A stretch of 64,000 bases of DNA from the human T2T-CHM13v2.0 reference genome, Homo sapiens, in NCBI RefSeq assembly GCF_009914755.1, contig NC_060947.1. One strand, given 5' to 3'. The position numbers and the translations under genes were made by a program. The notes below the pieces were generated by a model, which saw only the letters and a list, made by a program, of their open reading frames with translations, did not search any database and was not told the origin of the DNA. Positions 49,155 to 64,000 of the stretch are shown here, in pieces. Positions within the stretch are counted from its first letter, which is position 1. Every line of letters begins with the position of its first letter.

Positions 49155-49502
49155 CTGGAAAGGAATGCGGTTGATGGGCAGCCCGCACCGTGCCTCGGCC
49201 CCGACGTCACCACCCCCCGGAGCCGAGACTGGATGCGGTGGGGACCGAAAAGCTGAGAGGACGCCTGGGTCTGGGAGAGCCCCGGGGCCCCGATGCCCCT
49301 GCACGGCCCATCCTAGGGGCCCACCACGCTTTCCCGTCGAGCAGAGCCAAGTCCAGCATGAAATCCACAGAGCGCAAAGCTGACCGCGGCTCCAAGACCG
49401 ACTTGTAAAGAGCAGAATATTCAGGCCTCAAAGGTACAGCTTTCAGACGGAGAGAGAGACCTCGAGTGTGATCACGGAAACAAACACGTTTCAACCAAAG
49501 GT

Positions 49503-51130
49503 TCACCAACGGGAGACGGGAGTGAGACCTCAGCAACGGGAGGCGGGAGGGAGACCTCGCCAAGGAGAGGCGGGAGTGAGACCTCAGCAACGGGAGGCGG
49601 GAGTGAGACCTCAGCAACGGGAGGCGGGAGGGAGACCTCAGCAACGGGAGGCGGGAGGGAGACCTCAGCAACGGGAGGCGGGAGTGAGACCTCAGCAACG
49701 GGAGGCGGGAGGGAGACCTCAGCAACGGGAGGCGGGAGGGAGACCTCGCCAACGGGAGGCGGGAGTGAGACCTCAGCAACGGGAGGCGGGAGTGAGACCT
49801 CAGCAACGGGAGGCGGGAGTGAGACCTCAGCAACGGGAGGCGGGAGTGAGACCTCAGCAACGGGAGGCGGGAGTGAGACCTCAGCAACGGGAGGCGGGAG
49901 GGAGACCTCAGCAACGGGAGGCGGGAGGGAGACCTCAGCAACGGGAGGCGGGAGTGAGACCTCAGCAACGGGAGGCGGGAGGGAGACCTCAGCAACGGGA
50001 GGCGGGAGGGAGACCTCAGCAACGGGAGGCGGGAGGGAGACCTCAGCAACGGGAGGCGGGAGGGAGACCTCGCCAACGGGAGACGGGAGTGAGACCTCGC
50101 CAAGGAGAGGCGGGAGTGAGACCTCGCCAACGGGAGGCGGGAGTGAGACCTCAGCAACGGGAGGCGGGAGTGAGACCTCGCCAACGGGAGGCGGGAGGGA
50201 GACCTCGCCAACGGCAGGCGGGAGGGAGACCTCGCCAACGGGAGGCGGGAGTGAGACCTCGCCAACGGGAGGCGGGAGTGAGACCTCGCCAACGGGAGGC
50301 GGGAGGGAGACCTCGCCAACGGGAGGCGGGAGTGAGACCTCGCCAACGGGAGGCGGGAGTGAGACCTCGCCAACGGGAGGCGGGAGTGAGACCTCAGCAA
50401 CGGGAGGCGGGAGTGAGACCTCACCAAGGAGACGCGGGAGTGAGACCTCAGCAACGGGAGAGGGGAGGGAGACCTCAGCAACGGGAGGCGGTAGGGAGAC
50501 CTCACCAAGGAGACGCGGGAGGGAGACCTCAGCAACGGGAGGCGGGAGGGAGACCTCAGCAACGGGAGGCGGGAGGGAGACCTCAGCAACGGGAGGCGGG
50601 AGGGAGACCTCAGCAACGGGAGGCGGGAGGGAGACGTCGCCAAGGAGAGGCGGGAGGGAGACGTCGCCAAGGAGAGGCGGGAGGGAGACGTCGCCAACGG
50701 GAGGCGGGAGGGAGACGTCGCCAACGGGAGGCGGGAGGGAGACGTCGCCAACGGGAGGCGGGAGGGAGACGTCGCCAACGGGAGGCGGGAGGGAGACGTC
50801 GCCAACGGGAGGCGGGAGGGAGACGTCGCCAACGGGAGGCGGGAGGGAGACGTCGCCAGCGGGAGGCGGGAGTGAGACCTCAGCAACGGGAGGCGGGAGG
50901 GAGACCTCACCAACGGGAGGCGGGAGTGAGACCTCACCAACGGGAGGCGGGAGTGAGACCTCACCAACGGGAGGCGGGAGTGAGACCTCACCAACGGGAG
51001 GCGGGAGTGAGACCTCACCAACGGGAGGCCGGAGTGAGACCTCACCAAGGAGAGGCGGGAGTGAGACCTCACCAACGGGAGGCCGGAGTGAGACCTCACC
51101 AACGGGAGGCGGGAGGGAGACCTCACCAAT
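49503..51130. repeat. 27-bp VNTR, ~60 copies
   Basis: gagacctcagcaacgggaggcgggagt/g with cag/cgc/cac variants. Confidence 0.97.
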
Positions 51131-52139
51131 GAGAGGCAGGAGTGAAAGCACCGTCGCTGTCAGCTCGGGCCACGAGAAGGTCCCGCAGCCTGGGCGGCCA
51201 TCCCTGCGGTCACCGGTGTCCCTGGGACGCACGAGCCAAGGTGCCGCCCCCCGCTTCAGGCCGCAGTGCGTGAGAAACAGCGCAGCCCGGCCGCACACGG
51301 CATCCTGCCCTGGGACCGAGAGTGGGCTCCAGAGGAACGCGGAAAGCTGGGGCCGCGCCGGGCCGGGGGTTCACAGGGACAGTGAGCGCCTGGTTCTGGG
51401 CCGATTCCCAGCTGTGCAGGTGCTGGCCCAGGCCACACGGGCCGGCGCTGTGGAGCTGTGCTCTCCTCGTGGCTAGTTAGGGGCCCAGGGCGCAGGTGGC
51501 TCCCTGAACTGAGCGCAGGACAAATCCAGGGAATGCTACGTCTGCTCAGGTGCGCGTCCGACGCAGGGATCTACTGCGGCCACGCGACCCAGGACCAGCC
51601 CCGGGAGACGCAGACGGGTGCAGCTCACGTTCGGGGAACCAGGCGTATTATGAGTCGACCACACACAACAGATGCCACCGTAATTCGGAAACAGTCTTGG
51701 TCATATGGTTTTTTGGGGTAAAAAGCACACTTAAAGGAATCCTTTAGAAAACTCAAGCCCCACAGGCCACAGGCCGCTTTGAGTTCCTGCAAGTGTGGAT
51801 GACTCTTAGAGGGGCCGGGAGGCGGTGGCTGCTGTGAGGACACCTGGGCGGCACCGGCTCCCGTGGAGGTATATGAACGACCGCTAAGCCTGGGGCTCCA
51901 CCTAGCCCGGGATTGGATGGAAACTGCTCCAGGCCTTGGGGGCTGGAACCTGGAGCTCCTGAGGGAAGGCGTGTGGCCTGCCCGCCCTTGCTCGGGTGTT
52001 AACAAGGAAGCCCCACAGCGCTGCTGGCCCTCGGGCCAAGAGCTTCAGGACCAGCGGCCCACACTGACCCTGTAGACGCCCCCAGGCAGAGGCCTCGGGC
52101 AGAGGCGCACACGGGGACCCAGACACGGGGCAGCGACTG

Positions 52140-52240
52140 GGGAAGGAGAGGCAGCTGCAGACACAGAGCGGCGAGTGCGAAGGAGAGGCAGCTGCAGACA
52201 CAGAGCGGGGAGTGCGGAAGGAGAGGCAGCTGCAGACCCG
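52140..52240. repeat. ~36-bp repeat x3
   Basis: gaaggagaggcagctgcagac. Confidence 0.75.
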
Positions 52241-52305
52241 CAGGCCCTGAGAGAAGGGTGTGCTCGGTGTCCGCGCGGCCCGCCCGCCCCTGTGCCCCCA
52301 CGCAC

Positions 52306-52462
52306 CGTGGTCATTGTGCCGCGCCAGGTCGTCCGCGTCGATGAGCAGGTCGTGGTCCGTGTCCAGCTCCCAGAACTTGCAGTAGATGACGTAGAAATGC
52401 TCGTACGAGAAGAATTCGGTCAGCTGGTTGATGTCCGCCTCCTCCTCCAGCAGCGCCACATT
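52306..52462 (-). CDS. PPP2R3B: PPP2R3B coding exon (EF-hand 1)
   Basis: cag|AAT...CAC G|gtgcg, 157 nt; [30 protein letters not shown]. Confidence 0.97.
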
Positions 52463-52970
52463 CTGCCAAAGGACCCAGGCGGCCTGAGCGCGGGGCCTCT
52501 GCGGGGATGCCCCAAGTCCGCCTGGCTGCGGGCGGGGCAGGGAAGGCTGGGAGGGTCGGGGCCGCTCCGTGGGTGGGGGGGACTGGGCAGCTGGGGCCGG
52601 GGGGCACTCCGAGTGGGGGCAACTCTGCGGTGGGGGGAGCTCCAGCATGGGGGCGGCTCCCTAGGCGGGTGTGGGGGTGGGGGCAGCTCTGGGGGAGTCA
52701 GGGCTCGGCTCCCCCTCAGGGTGGTGCCCAGTACGGCCCCACCCGCCTCCTAGATCAACCGTGGACCCCCAACCGCAGGCGGCGGGGTTCCAGTGCTCAC
52801 AGGCCTGGGGGTGGGCTGGGAGCGCGGTGGAGGTGGGGGTGGGGGTGGGAGAGGGGGTGGGAGGGGAGGAGGGAGGGGGGAGGAGGGAGGAGAGAGGGGG
52901 AAGGGAAGGGAGTGGAGGTAGGAGGGGTAGGGACAAGGCAGGGGGCAGGGGACAGGGGGCCGCTCCGCAC

Positions 52971-53057
52971 CTGCAGGAAGGAGCTCCTCCGCAGCTCGGC
53001 GCAGGTGATCCTGCCGGACCAGGACCGGTTCACGGCGTAGAAGATCCGCTGGATGAC
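52971..53057 (-). CDS. PPP2R3B: PPP2R3B coding exon
   Basis: cag|GTC...CAG|gtgcg, 87 nt; VIQRIFYAVNRSWSGRITCAELRRSSFLQ. Confidence 0.95.
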
Positions 53058-53497
53058 CTGCGGGGGCGCTGTCAGTGCGGTGGGTGCGCAGAGACCCCCA
53101 GGAGCCTCGCCCCGCACGGAGACCGGGAGCCGGGAGAGGGGCGCGCCCTTGGTCTCAGCCGCACGGGGCCGCCAGGGCACAGGCGGGGGCAGAGGGAAGG
53201 GCCCTGCGGGAGGCGCCGCCCCAGGCCGCGGAAAGCGGGGAGGGTCTGGCCGGGGACGCCCCGGAGCTACACGGGCCCAGGACAGGTGGGAAGGGGGTGC
53301 GGCCACCCCGGAAAACCAGAGTCCCCCCAACACCGGGCTCCCGGGCGGGTGGAGACTCTCCCAGAGCGCGGCCGCCTCCTCCGGAAGCTCAGGAACCCCG
53401 GGCCCCGCCCGCCCCGTCCGCAGAAGCCCCGCGGCGGCTGCTGCAGAAACACCCGCGCCCCGCGCTGGAACCGACGGCCCCTCCGCTGGGGACCCAC

Positions 53498-53572
53498 CGT
53501 GGTGATGTAGCGCGAGTGGAACTCGGACGCCTCCTTCAGGAACGACAGCCCCGGGTGCGTGTTCACCACGTC
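53498..53572 (-). CDS. PPP2R3B: PPP2R3B coding exon
   Basis: cag|GAC...ACG|gtggg, 75 nt; DVVNTHPGLSFLKEASEFHSRYITT. Confidence 0.95.
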
Positions 53573-53589
53573 CTGCGGGTGGGAAGACA

Positions 53590-53992
53590 CGAGGCGCGTG
53601 GTGTAGACGCCGGCCCTCCCGTGAGGTGTGCGGTGTGGACGCTGCAGACGCGGACCCTCCCGTGAGCGATGAGGTGTGCGGTGTAGACGCCGGCCCTCCC
53701 GTGAGGGATGAGGCGTATGGTGTAGACGCCGGCCCTCCCGTGAGGGATGAGGCATGTGGTGTAGACGCGGGCCCTCCCGTGAGGTGTGCGGTGTAGACGC
53801 GGACCCTCCCGTGAGCGATGAGGTGTGCGGTGTAGACGCGGACCCTCCCATGAGGGATGAGGCATGTGGTGTAGACGCGGGCCCTCCCATGAGGTGTGCG
53901 GTGTAGACGCGGACCCTCCCGTGAGGGATGAGGCGTGTGGTGTAGACGCCGGCCCTCCCGTGAAGGATAAGGCCTGTGGTGTAGACGCAGGC
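53590..53992. repeat. 39/32-bp VNTR filling almost the whole intron
   Basis: gtagacgc at 53683, 53722, 53761, 53793, 53832, 53871, 53903, 53942, 53981. Confidence 0.9.
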
Positions 53993-53998
53993 TCTCAC

Positions 53999-54101
53999 CT
54001 GCAAGAAGGGGACAAAGTCCTCCTGCACCAGGTAGTTGCAGCCGGGGCTCATGAGCAGATGGACGAACTTGGCCGCGTCGTCGTGGCAGTTCTGGAGGAT
54101 T
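53999..54101 (-). CDS. PPP2R3B: PPP2R3B coding exon
   Basis: cag|A ATC...CAG|gtgag, 103 nt; ILQNCHDDAAKFVHLLMSPGCNYLVQEDFVPFLQ. Confidence 0.95.
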
Positions 54102-54354
54102 CTGGAAGGACAGGATGACTGGGCACCACCCTCACAGGGGGGTGGCTTTCGACCCCGCAGACGCAGGGTGGAACACGTGTGTGGTGTTCCACGTGGTGCG
54201 TGGCAGGTGGCCACACACGACGGCCAGGCCTGTGCCCGTACAAGGGTTTCTCCTCTCACTGCGGCAGCCTCAGGGGGCACCCGTCCTGGCACCACGGGGA
54301 CCCGGGGACGCCTCCGCCCTCCCGACACAGCCCCCTGCCCAGCCCAGGACTCAC

Positions 54355-54458
54355 TTTCTCCACATGGCGACGAACTTGTGGACGGACACGGAGCCCGTGC
54401 GCTCCCCGCCGGCGCCATAGAAGAGCGGCCCCTTCCAGTAGAGGGGGCAGCCGCAGGC
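54355..54458 (-). CDS. PPP2R3B: PPP2R3B, most 5' coding exon in the window (probably exon 3)
   Basis: cag|GCC...AGA AA|gtgagt, 104 nt; ACGCPLYWKGPLFYGAGGERTGSVSVHKFVAMWR; the 11 exons sum to 1218 nt in one frame. Confidence 0.95.
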
Positions 54459-54769
54459 CTGGGGCAGAGAGGGCAGGAGTGGGCAGTCAGCAGGGCCTGG
54501 ACGCCGGCGCTCCTGCTGCGTACCTCGCGCCTGACCGACGCCGCCCAGAGACCCTCTGCTGCAGAAAGACACAGCACGCTCAGCGCGGCCTGTCCGGGCA
54601 TCTGCAAACTCAACGTGGCTTTCGCTCCAGCCTTCAATCAGTCATGAGAGCTGAGCGTGGGAGTGCCGGGCACGCAGTATCCCCTGACCACAGACCACGC
54701 GTGGGCACTGTAACCAGAGGCGGCTGCATCCCCAGCGTCTGGAAATCAAGCGGCACGTACTAAGAACCA

Positions 54770-57060
<2,291 letters not shown>

Positions 57061-58272
57061 TGGAAGGAAACGAGGGACGCTGCACGGCTCTGCCGCGGCC
57101 AAGGTTTCTTTCACGGGCCACACGTGCGCTCCCTGAAGGAAGGGAGCACCGCTGCACCGCCCCAGCGCAGGACTCAGGGTCAGCTACCGGCACGGTGAAC
57201 ACCATGACAGGACATGACACAGAGGGAGAAATGTCTCTGCAAGGCGAGATTCTGACGAGGGACTCAGAGGCAGAATTTTAAGCATCAGTGAGAAAGAGGC
57301 CCGAACACGACCGAGTGGACATGCACTGCCCTCCGGAGAGGGGTGCACGGCGGCCGTAGACAAGGGGAAGCGCCCAGCACTGGCGCCGGCGAGGGCAGGG
57401 TTCACGGGGCATGGAGAGGTGGCAACAAGAACATGACACGCGCGGCTGAGACAAAAAGGACTGAAGACGCCAGGTCCCGCGAGGCTGCCAGGCAGCTGGG
57501 TGTCCTCCGCGTTGCTGGGGGAACTGGGACGCCACGCAGCTGCCGGGAAAGCGGCCCACGGGGCGGCTGAGCGTAAAGCCCCGTGGCCCGGCCAGGACAT
57601 CTGTCCTCCCAGAAGCACACCAGTGGGAAGAGGGCCCGTGCCCGTGAGAGCCTGCACGGATGGGGACGTCGGCTGCTTGGTTCACGGTGCCCCAGGCGAG
57701 AGGAGCCGGACGCCAGAGCAGGGACTGGAGGAATAAACTGTGGCAGAGTCGTCCTGACAGGTGCAGGGCGGGAGTGACCACGGGGGGGCGTGGGGGACTG
57801 CGGAGGGGGCTGCGCGCCACAGCGGGGATTGCAGTGCTGCTATGGGAAAGGACGCGCTCCGGCTGGCGCACCTGTGGATGACTTGAAGGCAGCCGTGTGC
57901 GGCTGGAGGGGCCGGGCCCCGCAGGACGCACAGGCACGTGCCGGCTCCCGTGATGAGGATCCTGACGGAGCTCAGCCCTGGCCACCTGGAAGGGCGTCCC
58001 GGTGCGGTGGGAGGGAACGAGCCGGGTGCAGCACCGGGTCCTTGGGCTAGTGCTAGTCCCACGTTTTTGACCTCATGAGACCATTCTGGCTCACAGGCCG
58101 TGCAGGTTTCAAACCCCAAGCGCTCAACACCCAGGGATGGGGGGATGTGTGAGCCTTCACATCTGTGCTCCTCACCGCGTGCAAGACACACCGTCATGAC
58201 CCGGTGGCAGGGATGGAGCATCAGATCTATCCAGCCGTGCAGGATATAGCGTCTCATGTGTCCAGACCTGCA

Positions 58273-58745
58273 GGCTGGAGTGCAGTGTGTGATCACAGCG
58301 TGATCCATTTTTATTCTACTTGTTTTTCGAGACACGGTCTTGCTGTTGCCCAGGCTGGAGTGCAGTGTGTGATCACAGCGTGATCCATTTTTATTCTACT
58401 TGTTTTTCGAGACACGGTCTTGCTGTTGCCCAGGCTGGAGTGCAGTGTGTGATCACAGCGTGATCCATTTTTATTCTACTTGTTTTTCGAGACACGGTCT
58501 TGCTGTTGCCCAGGCTGGAGTGCAGTGTGTGATCACAGCTCAGTGCAGTCTCAACTTCACGGGCTCAAGCAATCCTCCCACCTTAGCCTCCCAAGTAGCT
58601 GGGACCACAGGTGCGCGCTATCATGCCTGGGTAATTTTTTTAATTTCTACAGTGAAGTCTCACTATGTTGCCGAGGCTGGTCTGGAACCCTTGGCCGCAA
58701 GCCATCCTCCCGCCTTGGCCTCTCAAAGTGCTGGGACTACAGGGA
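58273..58745 (-). mobile_element. AluJ-like element whose tail end plus flank is tandemly triplicated (80-bp unit)
   Basis: tgtttttcgagacacggtcttgctg at 58321, 58401 and 58481. Confidence 0.85.
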
Positions 58746-59694
58746 TGACACTGCAACCAGAGACAGCTGCACCCCCGGCGTCTGGGGGATGAGAACTGAG
58801 CGGGAGAGTGCTGGGCACACAGTCCCCCCACCACACCAAACCCGAAAATTACCTCCAAATGAATTAGCTCATAATTTAAAATAATCCTAAAGTAAATGGA
58901 GATAATCAACTCTAAAATGCAAAAGATACAAAGGAAAGCAGTTTTACCTGAATGTCACAAAATCCTTATGGGAAAGGGAATAAAACATCAGATACCCTGA
59001 TCTGACTTTTAAAAGTCTTTTCGTGATCGACACACAGAAAGACCGACTCCTTGTGGGGCCCGGCAACGCGGCGGCACGCCCACCCGCACGGCCAGGACAG
59101 GGAACGAGGCCGCCAGCCCTGACAGTCCCTTCGGCCCCTCCGCAGTCCGCTACGGCGACGGCCCCCAGGCCTCCTCCCCGTGGCTCCAGTTCACCTTTTC
59201 CAGGACACGGCAACGGGACCCGGCCATCTGCGGACTTTTAGACCTGGCTTCCCTCGCTCAGCACATGCGTGTGGGACTCACACACCTTGCTCTGTGTGGA
59301 TCGTCTGCCCACCTTGCTCTGTGTGGATCGTCTGCCTGTGTACTGCTGAACCCTATTCCATTATGGCTCTGCTGACCTCAGAGTAGCTCCCTGAGCAGGA
59401 AACACCGCCGGCCCCAAGGCCCACGTGATGGTGCTGCTGAGGGGGACTCGCGAGGCAGACAAAGTCCCGAGCGTCTACAGTCGCACAGGGCACGCCGACA
59501 CCAACCGACAGGTGTGAGAGGAGAAAGGAGGACGCCACAACCACGGCCGGCAAGTTCAGCACGCGTTCCTCGGCGGGTGACGGGACAAGAGGACGATCTG
59601 CAGACACGTAAAGATGTGAAAACGCTGCCAAGCTATGTGAGCGAGTGACATCGCGGAGCCGGAGGAGTCTTCAGGGTCACATGAACCAGTGGTG

Positions 59695-60182
<488 letters not shown>

Positions 60183-60499
60183 TTATTGAAACAATTCATG
60201 CTGTCATTAAAAACCTTCCCACAGAGAAAACTATCCCAAATGGCTTCACTGATGAGTTCTACCAAACATTCAAATAAAAATAACACCCATTCTAAACAAA
60301 TGGCTCCAGAAAAGTGAATTCTAAAGGACATTTTCCAAGCAACTCTCCGAGGCCAGCATCCCCCCGATGCTAAACCAGACCAAGCTATCACAAGAAAAGG
60401 AGACCGCAGGCCAGTCCTTCACGAGCGCAGACGCAACCCCTGCGAGGCCTGGCAATGTGGACCCAACACATAGGAGAAGTGTGACACTGTGTGGTGGAC

Positions 60500-61175
60500 C
60501 AGGGACCGGGGGCTGGGGGCTCACCCAAAGACCGGGGGCTCACCCAAAGACCGGGGCTCACCCAAAGACTGGGGCTCACCCAAGGAGCAGGGGCTCGCCC
60601 AAAGACCGGGGCTCGCCCAGGGACCGGGGGCTCACCCAAAGACCAGGGCTCACCCAAAGACCGGGGGCTCACCCAAAGACCGGGGCTCGCCCAGGGACCG
60701 GGGGCTCACCCAGGGAGCAGGGGCTCACCCAAAGACCAGGGCTCACCCAAAGACCAGGGCTCATCCAAAGACCGGGGCTCACCCAGGGAGCAGGGGCTCG
60801 CCCAGGGACCAGGGGCTCACCCAAAGACCGGGGCTCGCCCAAAGACCGGGGCTCACCCAGGGACCAGGGGCTCGCCCAAACACAGGGGGCTCACCCAAAG
60901 ACTGGGGGCTCACCCAAACACCGGGGGCTCACCCAGGGACTAGGGGCTCACCCAAACACCGGGGGCTCACCCAGGGACCGGGGGCTCACCCAGGGACCGG
61001 GGGCTCACCCAAACACCGGGGGCTCACCCAAACACCGGGGCTGCCTTCACACTCAGACATCAGTCAGGTCAAGACCAGTCCTTCATGACCACAGACGCTA
61101 CCCCTGCGTGGCCGGGCAATGCACGCTGCGGTGGAACAGGGACCGGGGGCTCACCCAAGGACCGGGGCTGCCTTC
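60500..61175. repeat. ~19-bp VNTR (ggggctcacccaaagacc), ~30 copies, inside an L1 relic
   Basis: Direct inspection; flanks at 60170-60480 and 61200-61310 are L1 ORF2-like. Confidence 0.9.
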
Positions 61176-61316
61176 ACACTCAGACGTCAGTCAGGTCCAT
61201 TCACCTTTTACAGGACCAAAGGAAAACCTCACTGCCCTCTCAATACACGCAGAAATACACATTTAGCATCCCGGACAAACTTCAAGGCACTTTTATAATT
61301 TTAAAAAGTAAACTGA

Positions 61317-63282
<1,966 letters not shown>

Positions 63283-63534
63283 TAGCTTCTTACAAAACTA
63301 AACATGTGGCCACCAGATGAGGCAGAGCTCACCTCTGCGGTATTAATCACCTCAGGAAAATGCAAGCATGTCTGCGTAAATCAGTGCACAGACACACAGC
63401 AGCTTTACTCACAAGAAGCAAAAACCAAAGCAACCAGACGTCTATCAACCCTGGAACAGGGGAGAGATGGAGCACACACACAGCAGAAGCTACTCAGTGA
63501 TAGAAAAGAAACTGCCCATACGGCCAGGGACACA

Positions 63535-63710
63535 TAGTGAGCCCCACAGTATCCACACCCTGGCCAGCCACACGGGAGCCCCACGGTAACCACGCCTTGG
63601 CCAGCCACACAGCGAGCCCCACAGTATCCACACCCCGCCAGCCACACAGCGAGCCCCACGGTAACCACGCCTTCGCCAGCCACACAGCGAGCCCCACAGT
63701 ATCCACACCA
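63535..63710. repeat. ~38-bp alternating tandem repeat
   Basis: gagccccacagtatccacacc / gagccccacggtaaccacgcc. Confidence 0.8.
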
Positions 63711-64000
63711 CAGGACTTAATCAGTCCTCAACACACACACATAGCGAAACATCTTGCTGTACCCTGTATACACAAATATTACTTGTCCATTCAAAATAAA
63801 ATTTAAAATAAAGATGCTGCCAGGAAGAAGTTAGAAACCACAGACAAAACGCTCCAAGAGTCCTCATGTGAAATTCTAAGAGAGGCAAAGCTACAGCGAC
63901 CGGAAGCACATCTGCAGCTGGCCCGGGCCAGGGAGAAAAGAGGGGAATGATGAGGTGCAAAAGGAGGCACGTGGGACACCCGCGGCAGGTGACAAACGGC

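Noticed and set aside
49207-51298. 554-640-aa repeat ORFs on both strands
   Set aside because: 27-bp VNTR in a PPP2R3B intron; no start context or splice linkage supports a gene.
60367-61266. 150-299-aa Gly/Pro-rich ORFs
   Set aside because: 19-bp VNTR artefacts within an L1 relic.

Overview
Human pseudoautosomal region 1 (PAR1, Xp22.33/Yp11.3; X versus Y cannot be told from the sequence). I recognised three genes from their translations and resolved them by hand at GT-AG boundaries. (1) PLCXD1, + strand: last coding exon and a ~4 kb Alu-rich 3'UTR. (2) GTPBP6, - strand: complete, 10 exons, 1551 nt CDS = 516 aa, an HflX-family GTPase. (3) PPP2R3B, - strand: the last 11 coding exons (PP2A B''beta/PR70); its 5' exons lie beyond the window. 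The rest is GC-rich DNA packed with Alus, MaLR LTR and L1 relics, and an unusual density of VNTRs; most long ORFs in the track are repeat artefacts. No prokaryotic-type system or CRISPR array is present. The strongest candidate novelties, all unverified hypotheses read from the sequence, are as follows. (a) 'Splice-donor ladders': tandem repeats that reiterate exon/intron junctions. One lies exactly at the GTPBP6 P-loop, where two alternative donors would rebuild a GxxxxGKT motif; another lies at the PPP2R3B penultimate exon, where it would give an NMD-escaping truncation. (b) A chain of small, phase-compatible + strand exons between GTPBP6 and PPP2R3B. (c) A head-to-tail array of ~10 Alu monomers. 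(d) A GATTACA>GATGACA variant shared by about 20 Alu arms across the window. (e) A promoter built from an 88-bp CCAAT/E-box repeat.
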